DNA from: Xanthomonas campestris pv. campestris str. ATCC 33913
Lineage (GTDB): Bacteria; Pseudomonadota; Gammaproteobacteria; Xanthomonadales; Xanthomonadaceae
NCBI RefSeq assembly: GCF_000007145.1
Contig: NC_003902.1
Coordinates: forward strand, 1,867,436-1,899,435
Reading direction: 5' to 3'
DNA: 32,000 nt
Made by a program: the position numbers and the translations under genes. Below the pieces are notes generated by a model, which ran no database searches, was not told where the DNA came from, and saw only the letters and a program-made list of their open reading frames with translations. Position 1 is the stretch's first letter. Every line of letters starts with the position of its first letter. This document shows, in pieces, positions 16,644-24,011 of this stretch.

Positions 16644-17102
16644 ATGGACCACTTCGAGGGCGTGGTGCTCGATTACCTTCGAGCGGACCGCGCGCTGTTC
16701 GTCAACAGCCAGTGCTGCATCCAGCTCAACGAGGGCGCCAACCCGGACACCAGCGGCCCGCATTGGTATTGCGACGCAGTGGCCGTGAGCTTCAAGGAGG
16801 GGGCGGCTTATTTGTGCGAGATCAGCTATGCAGCCCGGGCCCGTTCGTTGATTGCTCGCCTGAAAGGATGGAACGAGCACTGCGCCGGCATCAGGGGAGC
16901 CCTTGAGCGAGACAGCGGTGTGCCGCTGGACTAAACGCTGAGGCCTTGGCTTTTTGTCCCCGAGGCTCAGGCCGAGCGGCTGCGCGCCAGCATCGAAGGA
17001 TTTGGCAACCTTCCCAGCCCCCGCATCACGTTTTTGGAGAACGTGGTGCCTTGGCGCTACCGGTTTTGGAATCGTGGCGCATACACCGATACGACCCCAT
17101 GA
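16644..17102 (+). pseudogene. Conserved-looking hypothetical gene interrupted by an in-frame TAA at 16932-16934
   Basis: After the TAA the same frame stays open for 55 more codons (TLRPWLFVPEAQAERLRASIEGFGNLPSPRITFLENVVPWRYRFWNRGAYTDTTP). It ends in an ATGA overlap with the next gene's start at 17099. Confidence 0.55.
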
Positions 17103-17566
17103 CCCCGCTGACTTTTAGCGCTCCAAGCTATGCCCTCCTGCAAGCGACCACTCAGTGCTGGAAGTGTGCGAAGGCCACTCCTGTCACCACGGTGTGGGTG
17201 CTGTCCTTCGTCGACAACGAGGGTGTGGAAGAGCCAGACGACGAGCCCGAGATAGGTGGCACGGCCATACTGGGCTACATCAAGGCGCTGGACCCAGACA
17301 CAGCGGCGCACATCCAAGAGGTTGCACCATGGCTCAAGCCTGGGCGCTCGAAAACCGCGAGCGCGACCTATTGGGCCAACCACTGTGAAGTATGCGGGGC
17401 CATTCAAGGCGACCACTTCGTCAGGGGCGTGGACGGGCCGCTCTTTCCCCAGGATCAGGCTGGCCTGGACGCGTTCCAGGTCATCGCGGGCCGCGGCCCG
17501 TTGAGCGCGCAAGCTTCCGCATCCCAGTCCGGGTGGATGGACCTGGTGGCGAAACGTTTGGGCTGA
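17099..17566 (+). CDS. Hypothetical protein with CxxC...CxxC zinc-ribbon-like motif
   Basis: MTPLTFSAPSYALLQATTQCWKCAKA...ANHCEVCGAIQGDHF. The start overlaps the stop of the read-through upstream frame (ATGA at 17099-17102). Confidence 0.55.
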   Translation: MTPLTFSAPSYALLQATTQCWKCAKATPVTTVWVLSFVDNEGVEEPDDEPEIGGTAILGYIKALDPDTAAHIQEVAPWLKPGRSKTASATYWANHCEVCGAIQGDHFVRGVDGPLFPQDQAGLDAFQVIAGRGPLSAQASASQSGWMDLVAKRLG

Positions 17567-17767
17567 AATCAGGACCCCGTCCCCGCGTAATGGTTGATGT
17601 CCCGTCACTTCTGTGCGGCCGTGACCTGGTCGCGCCGGAGATCCCTCGGGAAGCTTGGCGCTCTTGGATGACGGCTGGCTCAGAACTTCCTGACATCCCG
17701 TCGGGCGCGAGACCCATGGTTTCAGGAATGCCAGAAGCGCAATCTGATTCTGCCGGACGCGGGACCG

Positions 17768-17956
17768 ATGGTCGCTCACCTCGCGGGACGCTTGAGCAGC
17801 CTCATGCCGGCACCCTGTAAGAAGCTCACTCGCGACATCATGGTGAGTCCAGGTCTCATTTGGTGTTATGGCGCTGAAGAGGCGAGAAAATTGGACTCGC
17901 ATTCGCATCTTTATCGTTCGCTGCTTCGGCAGACCGTTGCTCCGATACGGACCTAA
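17768..17956 (+). pseudogene. Truncated paralog of the small ORF at 19537-19869
   Basis: LSSLMPAPCKKL...LIWC... parallels LSSVVPAPCKKF...LKWC..., with about 35/40 nt identity between 17791-17830 and 19545-19584. Confidence 0.3.
17791..17830 (+). repeat. Copy 1 of a ~40-bp direct repeat (CTTGAGCAGCNTCNTGCCGGCACCCTGNAAGAAG...)
   Basis: About 35 of 40 positions are identical to 19545-19584. Confidence 0.6.
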
Positions 17957-18056
17957 GTTTTTGCAAGATTAAGCTTGCGTGAAGCGAGCTGATCTGCAAC
18001 GCTATCCTCCTTCGGACTGCGCTTACGCAGCTGTAATGGAATTACGAGAAGGTGAG

Positions 18057-18812
18057 ATGGGCAACAAAGCAGTAACGCTAAGTGCAGCCGCACTGGCAGT
18101 CGTAGTAGGTGGCATCATCTGGACGCACGAAGCGCGTAAGGACGAAGGGTCAACGCAGGGCATCTCCCAGAATCAGATTCCCAATGCAGCGAACGAATCA
18201 GTCAAGGATCGGGCCCCGTCTCAGTCGGTTGAAGGCGGCGTCGATCTTCGGAATGACTCTCGTGTTCGACATCCGTTCCCAGAAGTGCCGAAAACTAGAG
18301 ACGGGATGAGCTTCGATAACGACCCGGGCTATGCCGAAAGTAAGGCCGAGCAGAAGTGGCTGGATCGTCATGGCTTTCCCAATGAAAAGCAGCTCGACGC
18401 CTACATGGGCGCGCCAGAGGCCCTGCTGAAGCAGGCCTCAGAGGCAGGGGATAAGGTCGCGCAGACGATCTTAGATGCGCGATTACTCGCTTCTGATCCT
18501 ATGGCGCAACAGCGTCTGGTAGACGCTGGTGCGGAAGGAAACCTTTTCGCTTTGAATATGCTGGCGTCCTTTCAAGGCGGCAGCGCAAGCGGGGATCCTG
18601 TTGCTGCGTATGCCGTGTCGCGTGTGGCGGAAATGCGTGGAGATACTCGTGCGTCTGTTACTCGGGAAGTGATGATGTCTAGGTCACTTTCAACAGAGCA
18701 AAGAATGCTCGGGGAGTCTGAAGCCCTGCGACTCAACGCTGAAATAGACCGGATCTATACGTCGAAGCATGGCAGGGCACCGGTATTGGATAAACGTCCA
18801 ATCGGTCAGTAG
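18057..18812 (+). CDS. Membrane-anchored protein with Sel1-like repeats
   Basis: The N-terminal anchor is AVTLSAAALAVVVGGIIW. The C-terminal half has Sel1-like units (ASEAGDKVAQTIL..., DAGAEGNLFALNMLASF..., GDPVAAYAVSRVAEMRGD). The start is uncertain (17979, 18036 or 18057). Confidence 0.5.
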   Translation: MGNKAVTLSAAALAVVVGGIIWTHEARKDEGSTQGISQNQIPNAANESVKDRAPSQSVEGGVDLRNDSRVRHPFPEVPKTRDGMSFDNDPGYAESKAEQKWLDRHGFPNEKQLDAYMGAPEALLKQASEAGDKVAQTILDARLLASDPMAQQRLVDAGAEGNLFALNMLASFQGGSASGDPVAAYAVSRVAEMRGDTRASVTREVMMSRSLSTEQRMLGESEALRLNAEIDRIYTSKHGRAPVLDKRPIGQ

Positions 18813-18856
18813 GTTTATGTGGTTAATTTTTGTTTAAAAAAAGGAGTAGGGCGTAA

Positions 18857-19354
18857 ATGGAAATTATGAAGAAAGCTGGCGTCGCTGCGATGTCTCTGAC
18901 GGGGCTTATGGGGGCTGCATTTGCGTGCTCGGAACTCCCGATGCCGCCACTGGTGCCAATTCAGGTGCCCTTGACGCAGCTGCCAAAGTTTAGCGACAGC
19001 AAGAATCCCGCCAATGCCGTTTTTATGGATAGGCTTGATTCGGCAGCATCCAAACTGCTGGGTGAGGGAAATTGGGTTGCAAACTCCTATAAGGGTTATG
19101 TTTCCTACACCGTAAAGATTCTCAACTATACTGGCCGGGGCATGGTCTACATTGAGAAGCCTTGCGGAAAGAAGGCAAAGGAAATGGCCGAGAAGATTGC
19201 TCAGCAGCCTTCGAGCGGCGGCGGTGGTGGCGGCGGCTCCGCTGGAACCGGCGGTGGTGGTGGTGGAGTGCTGATCGGCGGCGGTTGCTACGGCTCTTGC
19301 GGCGGCAGAATTCCGACGGGTGATGTGGGTCCCATCGAAACCCTGCCGAGCTGA
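18857..19354 (+). CDS. Lipoprotein with a Gly-rich, Cys-containing C-terminal tail
   Basis: An AAGGAG Shine-Dalgarno sits 9 nt upstream. The lipobox is LMGAAFAC. The C-terminus is SSGGGGGGGSAGTGGGGGGVLIGGGCYGSCGG. Confidence 0.7.
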   Translation: MEIMKKAGVAAMSLTGLMGAAFACSELPMPPLVPIQVPLTQLPKFSDSKNPANAVFMDRLDSAASKLLGEGNWVANSYKGYVSYTVKILNYTGRGMVYIEKPCGKKAKEMAEKIAQQPSSGGGGGGGSAGTGGGGGGVLIGGGCYGSCGGRIPTGDVGPIETLPS

Positions 19355-19376
19355 GATCAGGTCGAGCTTTTCTAAG

Positions 19377-19410
19377 AACGCCCCAGTTCAAAGCTGGGGC
19401 GTTTTTCTTT
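19377..19410 (+). terminator. Rho-independent terminator
   Basis: A 10-bp stem AACGCCCCAG / CTGGGGCGTT with a 7-nt loop is followed by TTTCTTT, 23 nt after the lipoprotein stop. Confidence 0.65.
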
Positions 19411-19536
19411 GTCACCAGGTGATTCTCGTTCTTCAAAAGGTGAGAGGAACCAGGTGGCGCTGGTGAGGTTGAAAGCGTTTCGTTGGCCTACACGTTAGGG
19501 CTCGGTGGGCGTTGCCAGGCTTTGAGAAGCTCCCCC

Positions 19537-19869
19537 ATGGAATGCTTGAGCAGCGTCGTGCCGGCACCCTGCAAGAAGTTCGCTTTCGCTGTCCTGACGA
19601 TGCTAAGTCTCAAGTGGTGCGACGACACTGCCGATACTCGAGCCCATGGACAGAGCCGGTCTCGCCGTCACCTTGAGCGTCTGGATGCTGCGGTGCCGAC
19701 ATTACGGGCCTCCAGTCCCGACCGCCGCCACTTCTGGCAAGCCTTTGCCAGCATGGCCGCCGCCATCGAGAGCAAGGCAGCGACGAGCGAAGACGCGCAG
19801 TTCGTCGGCCGTCGGGCCGAGGAAATATTGTCCTGGCACGGACTGGAAAACATGGCCGAGCACGTCTGA
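19537..19869 (+). CDS. Hypothetical small protein (intact paralog of 17768-17956)
   Basis: The ORF starts at ATG 19537 (MECLSSVVPAPCKKF...). The C-terminal half has a plausible composition. Support is weak. Confidence 0.3.
   Translation: MECLSSVVPAPCKKFAFAVLTMLSLKWCDDTADTRAHGQSRSRRHLERLDAAVPTLRASSPDRRHFWQAFASMAAAIESKAATSEDAQFVGRRAEEILSWHGLENMAEHV
19545..19584 (+). repeat. Copy 2 of the ~40-bp direct repeat
   Basis: See 17791-17830. Confidence 0.6.
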
Positions 19870-20267
19870 GTCCATTGGTGCTGCCTTGGTCCATCCCGAA
19901 GCTTGCGTGCTGCTCATGCGCAGTCATAAGGGCTTCAGGCAAGCACAGGTCCGCAGTAGGCTCATCACTGGCTGCAAAACCCAGCCATCGCCTGCTGACA
20001 ACATCAGTCGCCCCCCTCAATCCGCACGCCGTTTGGCCCGTAAGCCTTGTTGGCATGCATGCTGTTTTCTCCACCCGCGCTGGGCCTCTTGAAGGGAATC
20101 TTGGCTTCGCTGTCCCGACCGCAAGGGCGAGCCTCCTCCTCGACGCTGGCGCTCTGTTGCGGCCCTCCGCTGCGCGCCTAACGGTGCTCACTCCCGGGTG
20201 CGGTCGAGCCTAACGCTTCGCCTGTCGGTTCCCACGAGGCGCACAACGCGCTGGTGGAGACAAACCG

Positions 20268-20747
20268 ATGAAGCGCACCCAAGACCGAGCAGTCCAATAT
20301 CAACTTGAGATGGACGAGGAGGGGATTCTCCTCGCTGCCGCGACCATCTTGGAACAGCGCCTTCAACGCCAAGGCCGCATCCACAGCCCCGACCAAGCCG
20401 GCGACTACCTGGTTGCCCGCTGCGCTCACCTGCCGCACGAAGTCTTCGGGGTCGTCTTCCTCGACACCAAGCATCACATCCTCGCAACCGAACATCTCTT
20501 CAGCGGCACCATCGACGGGTGCGATGTCCACCCGCGAGTCGTAGCAAAGCGTGCCCTGGACCTCAACGCCGTCGCCGTCATCCTCTTCCACAACCACCCG
20601 AGCGGGAATCCAGAGCCCAGCGAAGCCGACCGCAAAGTCACCGAGCGCCTGAAGCAGGCGCTGGCGCTGCTCGACATCCGCGTCCTCGACCACCTGGTCA
20701 TCGGCGGTCGGCAGCACACCAGCCTGGCCGCAAGGGGGTGGGTATAG
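20268..20747 (+). CDS. radC: RadC-like JAB/MPN domain protein
   Basis: The JAMM motif HNHPSGNPEPSEADRKVTERL and the overall RadC pattern (FGVVFLDTKHHILA...LFSGTIDG) are present. Confidence 0.85.
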   Translation: MKRTQDRAVQYQLEMDEEGILLAAATILEQRLQRQGRIHSPDQAGDYLVARCAHLPHEVFGVVFLDTKHHILATEHLFSGTIDGCDVHPRVVAKRALDLNAVAVILFHNHPSGNPEPSEADRKVTERLKQALALLDIRVLDHLVIGGRQHTSLAARGWV

Positions 20748-20840
20748 CCCCTCCATTGGCTTATGGGTTGGGTCGGCACAGCGGCCGAGTTAAGCTCTTT
20801 CTGTCAGCTGAGACCACAGCGCACGGACGGGATAAAACGC

Positions 20841-21491
20841 ATGTCATCAACAACGCCCAATCAGCCGACGGCCGGGAGCTTCTACATGTTTGAAGCGGAC
20901 ATGGAGAGCAACAGGCAGCCCTGTGGGGTGAGGTTCGACAATGTCCGCCACCTGCTGTCCCCTCCGAGGTTGATCCTGCGGCCGGAGGAGGGAGGATTTC
21001 CCACGCTCCGCGAAACACCGCAGCTGACCTACGACCCCAAAACAGGTCCAGCCCCGCGCGATCTAGAGCCGGGATTCAGCGGTTACTGGTTGGTTTCAGA
21101 GCGACTCTACGATGCCATGGTTTTGGTGGATTCCGACGCCTTTGCCTTCGCGGAGGTGGATTACCGCTTGGCCGATGGAACCAAAGGTCCGCGCCACTTT
21201 TTGTGCGACATTGTTCGCGAGCTTGATGCCTTGGGCGAAGTTGCCTCGAGGCTTCAAATCGAAATAGACGACGACTATGTCAATGGCAAGTTCTACTCGG
21301 TGGGAGGAGGGGCCAGCTTGGCCTTTAGACAGGAAGTCGTGGGTCAAGCCCACGTATTCCTTACGCCCTTTAGCTCATTCGTGATTTGCGACCGGGCTTT
21401 CAAAGACGCGGTCCATGACGCGGGGATTCCTGATGATGCGGGTGAAAGCGGCATCTCTTTTATCGACGCATCGGGTATCGAGCTGCCCTGA
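20841..21491 (+). CDS. Imm11/DUF1629-like immunity-family protein (orphan copy)
   Basis: It is a paralog of 24012-24653 (MSSTTPNQPTAGSFYMFEAD vs METTTTNQPKKGEFFHLQPD; GFSGYWLVSERL; AFAFAEVDYRLADGTKGP; HVF...CDRAFKDAVHDAGI). The pattern matches my recollection of Imm11 proteins. Confidence 0.6.
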   Translation: MSSTTPNQPTAGSFYMFEADMESNRQPCGVRFDNVRHLLSPPRLILRPEEGGFPTLRETPQLTYDPKTGPAPRDLEPGFSGYWLVSERLYDAMVLVDSDAFAFAEVDYRLADGTKGPRHFLCDIVRELDALGEVASRLQIEIDDDYVNGKFYSVGGGASLAFRQEVVGQAHVFLTPFSSFVICDRAFKDAVHDAGIPDDAGESGISFIDASGIELP

Positions 21492-21548
21492 GGCGCAAAA
21501 AACAAGAGAAGTCAACCGCACAACCAAGCAAATTGGAGCAATTTGACT

Positions 21549-22022
21549 ATGAATTTCGACATTATCCGCGAGCAGACAAGGCTTTCTCTCCCTGCTGATG
21601 ACTTCTACCTCTACCGCCTTGGAGTCGCGCTCTACGGCTTCGCATCGATCACGAGTTTCATGATTGAGATCATTTGCCGTCTTGTTCCTAATGGGAGCCA
21701 GGACGAGCTCAGTGCTCTAGAAGCAGGGAAATTGTGTGGTAAGTTAGAAAAGGCACTAGCAGATGCTAATAGCAGGGGTATTTACACCGAAGAAGCAGGA
21801 GGGATGGCACTTCGCCTTATCAGAAGTCTCAATAAGGACCGCTCTCACTTTGTACATGCTTATCCAATCACCAACGGAGAGAATGCCCAGATACTTTATC
21901 GGCAGCCCAAGCATGGCCAGAGTTTTGAGGTTTCCAACTCGTTCCTCGATCAGTTCATTTCAAGGCTGCATGACGCGAGTAGTAAGCTCTATGAGATCCG
22001 CAACGTCCTCGATCGGGTGTGA
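21549..22022 (+). CDS. Low-GC hypothetical helical protein with a possible HEPN-type Rx4H motif
   Basis: A GGAG Shine-Dalgarno sits 9 nt before ATG 21549. The motif DRSHFVH fits R-x4-H. No other recognisable domain. Confidence 0.45.
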   Translation: MNFDIIREQTRLSLPADDFYLYRLGVALYGFASITSFMIEIICRLVPNGSQDELSALEAGKLCGKLEKALADANSRGIYTEEAGGMALRLIRSLNKDRSHFVHAYPITNGENAQILYRQPKHGQSFEVSNSFLDQFISRLHDASSKLYEIRNVLDRV

Positions 22023-22084
22023 TAAGCTGATTTCCTGCAGAAATTATAGAAGTTGGCGATATCGCCGGCCTCTATTACCGCTAA

Positions 22085-22444
22085 TCAACCGACGATGTCG
22101 CCGCGCTTTAGCTTGTTGTCCCATTCGTCGTTGAAGGTTTTCCAGTTCTTCTCCAGCCAACTTCTAACGTTAGCGTGGCTGCGGACGTTAGAGGGGAGCT
22201 TTATTTTAATGAGCCATTCCGTCTTTTTTCCGCTGTTTTTCTGCTTTAGGTTGTGCTGCTCGGCAAAACGATTAATGAAGTCCAAAACTTCGTAACCCTC
22301 GGACCGACTGAGTAGTGTGCTGTCGGGGGCGCCAACGACGTGAGGATTGTCGCCTTCCAACGCTTTCCAGGAATATTCGTGTTGAAGATCGGTTTTCTTC
22401 AGCAAAGGCGCCTTTGAAGTATTTTCTTTTTCTTTATCTGCCAT
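22085..22444 (-). CDS. Low-GC hypothetical protein
   Basis: A 119-aa ORF with normal composition, convergent with 21549-22022. No recognisable motif. Confidence 0.45.
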   Translation of the reverse strand: MADKEKENTSKAPLLKKTDLQHEYSWKALEGDNPHVVGAPDSTLLSRSEGYEVLDFINRFAEQHNLKQKNSGKKTEWLIKIKLPSNVRSHANVRSWLEKNWKTFNDEWDNKLKRGDIVG

Positions 22445-22572
22445 GATGGAAATCCCTGATACTTCGGTTAAGAGGGTGTTCTAACCCACGGGAGGCAAAC
22501 GCTCAGGCCGCTTTTACAATTTTGCCTGCACAAATGATAGCCAGCGATGCACGATATAGTGTCGAACCTGTG

Positions 22573-23184
22573 TCAGGCGTAAAGCACATCTGCGATTTCA
22601 GACAGCGCCTTGTGGTGTTTTGGCTCATCAGGTTGCACGATGTCGTCGTAGATTTTGATAGCAATCGACTTGACCAAGTCTGTCTTGGACAGCAGCGTAT
22701 CTTCTCTAATCTTCTCGATTCGGCCATCAATGACGCCATTGAATTTCATTGATAGGCGTCTTTTCGGCACTGTTTTAGACTTGAGCAGGACAGAAGTGCC
22801 GTTGATGAGGCGCTTAAGTTCACCAGAATCTTCTTCCCCAGCCGCGTAACGGTTGACGTAATAGACCAGCAGTTGCTTTCGGAAATCAGGACTCGGGTGA
22901 GCAGTCACGCGCACAATGGCCGCGTCTAATGCATCTACGAACGTGGCCGGGATGTTCACTTCTAGCGAGTGCTCTACTTTCTTTCGCGCAGCTGCGATTG
23001 CTGGGGTTGACTGAGCTGGGATGAGAATCGCATCGCCACACACGTCACAAGTGCCGACCAATACGTTCTGCACCACTCCATTGCCGTCTCGGAACGGCAC
23101 GTCTCTGTAACCAAAGGTAGTCATTACTCTGCCGTCTCGATGGCAGAGAGCGCTTTTGTTGTCGCCAGGCATGAAAAATTTCAT
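22573..23184 (-). CDS. MqsA-like antitoxin candidate (YgiT-type zinc-ribbon N-terminus, atypical C-terminal domain)
   Basis: ALCHRDGRVMTTFGYRDVPFRDGNGVVQNVLVGTCDVCGDAILIPAQS parallels the MqsA N-terminal zinc ribbon (C..C...KDIPY...G....G..C..C.E.I). The first CxxC is reduced to C-H. It lies 15 nt downstream of the toxin-like gene. Confidence 0.45.
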   Translation of the reverse strand: MKFFMPGDNKSALCHRDGRVMTTFGYRDVPFRDGNGVVQNVLVGTCDVCGDAILIPAQSTPAIAAARKKVEHSLEVNIPATFVDALDAAIVRVTAHPSPDFRKQLLVYYVNRYAAGEEDSGELKRLINGTSVLLKSKTVPKRRLSMKFNGVIDGRIEKIREDTLLSKTDLVKSIAIKIYDDIVQPDEPKHHKALSEIADVLYA

Positions 23185-23199
23185 TTGTGGGATCTCATT

Positions 23200-23481
23200 T
23201 TACTGATGAACGCTAATAAAGACTGTGTCGGGGTCAAAGTAGAATTTCACATACCAGGCCCTACACTTGATTACGTGCACCTCAATGGAGCTGTCTTGAT
23301 GATGAAGGCTGCTGGAGTGATTTTTGCCACTGCTCTTTTTGAGCACTTTCGCAACTTCCTGCGGACTCACCTTGCCTGTTTTAAGCAGGTTCTTGTCATC
23401 AATGTCTGCTCGACCGTCGTGGGCGTAGTCGCCTGAGAGCAGTCCCGCAACGACCTTCTGTTTTACTGCCTTAAACCCCAT
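23200..23481 (-). CDS. MqsR-like toxin candidate
   Basis: A ~93-aa protein encoded upstream of the zinc-ribbon partner, which is the MqsRA gene order. The C-terminal WYVKFYFDPDTVFISVHQ resembles the MqsR terminal beta strands. A GGAG Shine-Dalgarno sits 7 nt before ATG 23481. Confidence 0.4.
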   Translation of the reverse strand: MGFKAVKQKVVAGLLSGDYAHDGRADIDDKNLLKTGKVSPQEVAKVLKKSSGKNHSSSLHHQDSSIEVHVIKCRAWYVKFYFDPDTVFISVHQ

Positions 23482-23498
23482 ATTGAACTCCATTTCAA

Positions 23499-23525
23499 GC
23501 TATACGAATTGTTTCGTATTGTCAA
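23499..23525 (-). promoter_or_regulatory. Candidate promoter (TTGACA-N15-TATAGC) with an embedded palindromic operator ATACGAA-N4-TTCGTAT
   Basis: I read it on the minus strand directly upstream of the toxin-like gene. The palindrome at 23502-23519 fills the spacer. Confidence 0.4.
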
Positions 23526-24011
23526 GCTCTTGCCTTCCATCGCCACTGTGAGCGATCAAAGCATCGAGCACGCTATTCTGTTCAGGCACCAAAGGCTTCT
23601 CGCGTCTAACCTAGGCGTAGGTAAGTCGTAGCAATGCCCCCAGTTCCAAAATGTAGGTTAAACCATCAGGAATTTTAAGTGGTTCGTGGTCTGGTCCTAA
23701 GGTGCGAGACCAAAAGGACAGCTGCCAAGCCGTCCGGTCGATCTTTTAGCGTCTGACCGTTGCTGGTGCAGCATCCTGAACGAGCTAGGCGCCCCCTTGC
23801 GCTCGCCTAATGGGTCGTTGGAGGTTAGGGCCATATTGGCGTCAGGAGGAATTCGTCCTGCGCTTGAGTAGACGAAGCCGGGCTGAGGTAGAGCGAGCTG
23901 CGGCAAGTCGGAATTGAGCCCCGTTGTCTGCCCAAGTCCGCTATCGAGACGGTAGACTCTGCTCGACTGAGGTGGAGACCATACCCTGGTGGACTGGACG
24001 AGACGCAACGC

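Noticed and set aside
17057-17908. 283-aa minus-strand ORF
   Set aside because: It is antisense to the better-supported 17099-17566 gene. It is Arg/Pro/Gly-rich with no motifs, which is the typical shadow ORF of a high-GC coding region.
19610-20267. ORFs 19610-20191 (-), 19646-20092 (+) and 19875-20213 (+) upstream of radC
   Set aside because: All are Arg/Pro/Ser-rich with no motifs or Shine-Dalgarno sequences and they mutually overlap. I left the interval 19870-20267 unannotated; it may be decayed sequence.
20178-20756. 192-aa minus-strand ORF
   Set aside because: It is antisense to the radC-like gene, whose JAMM motif is unambiguous.
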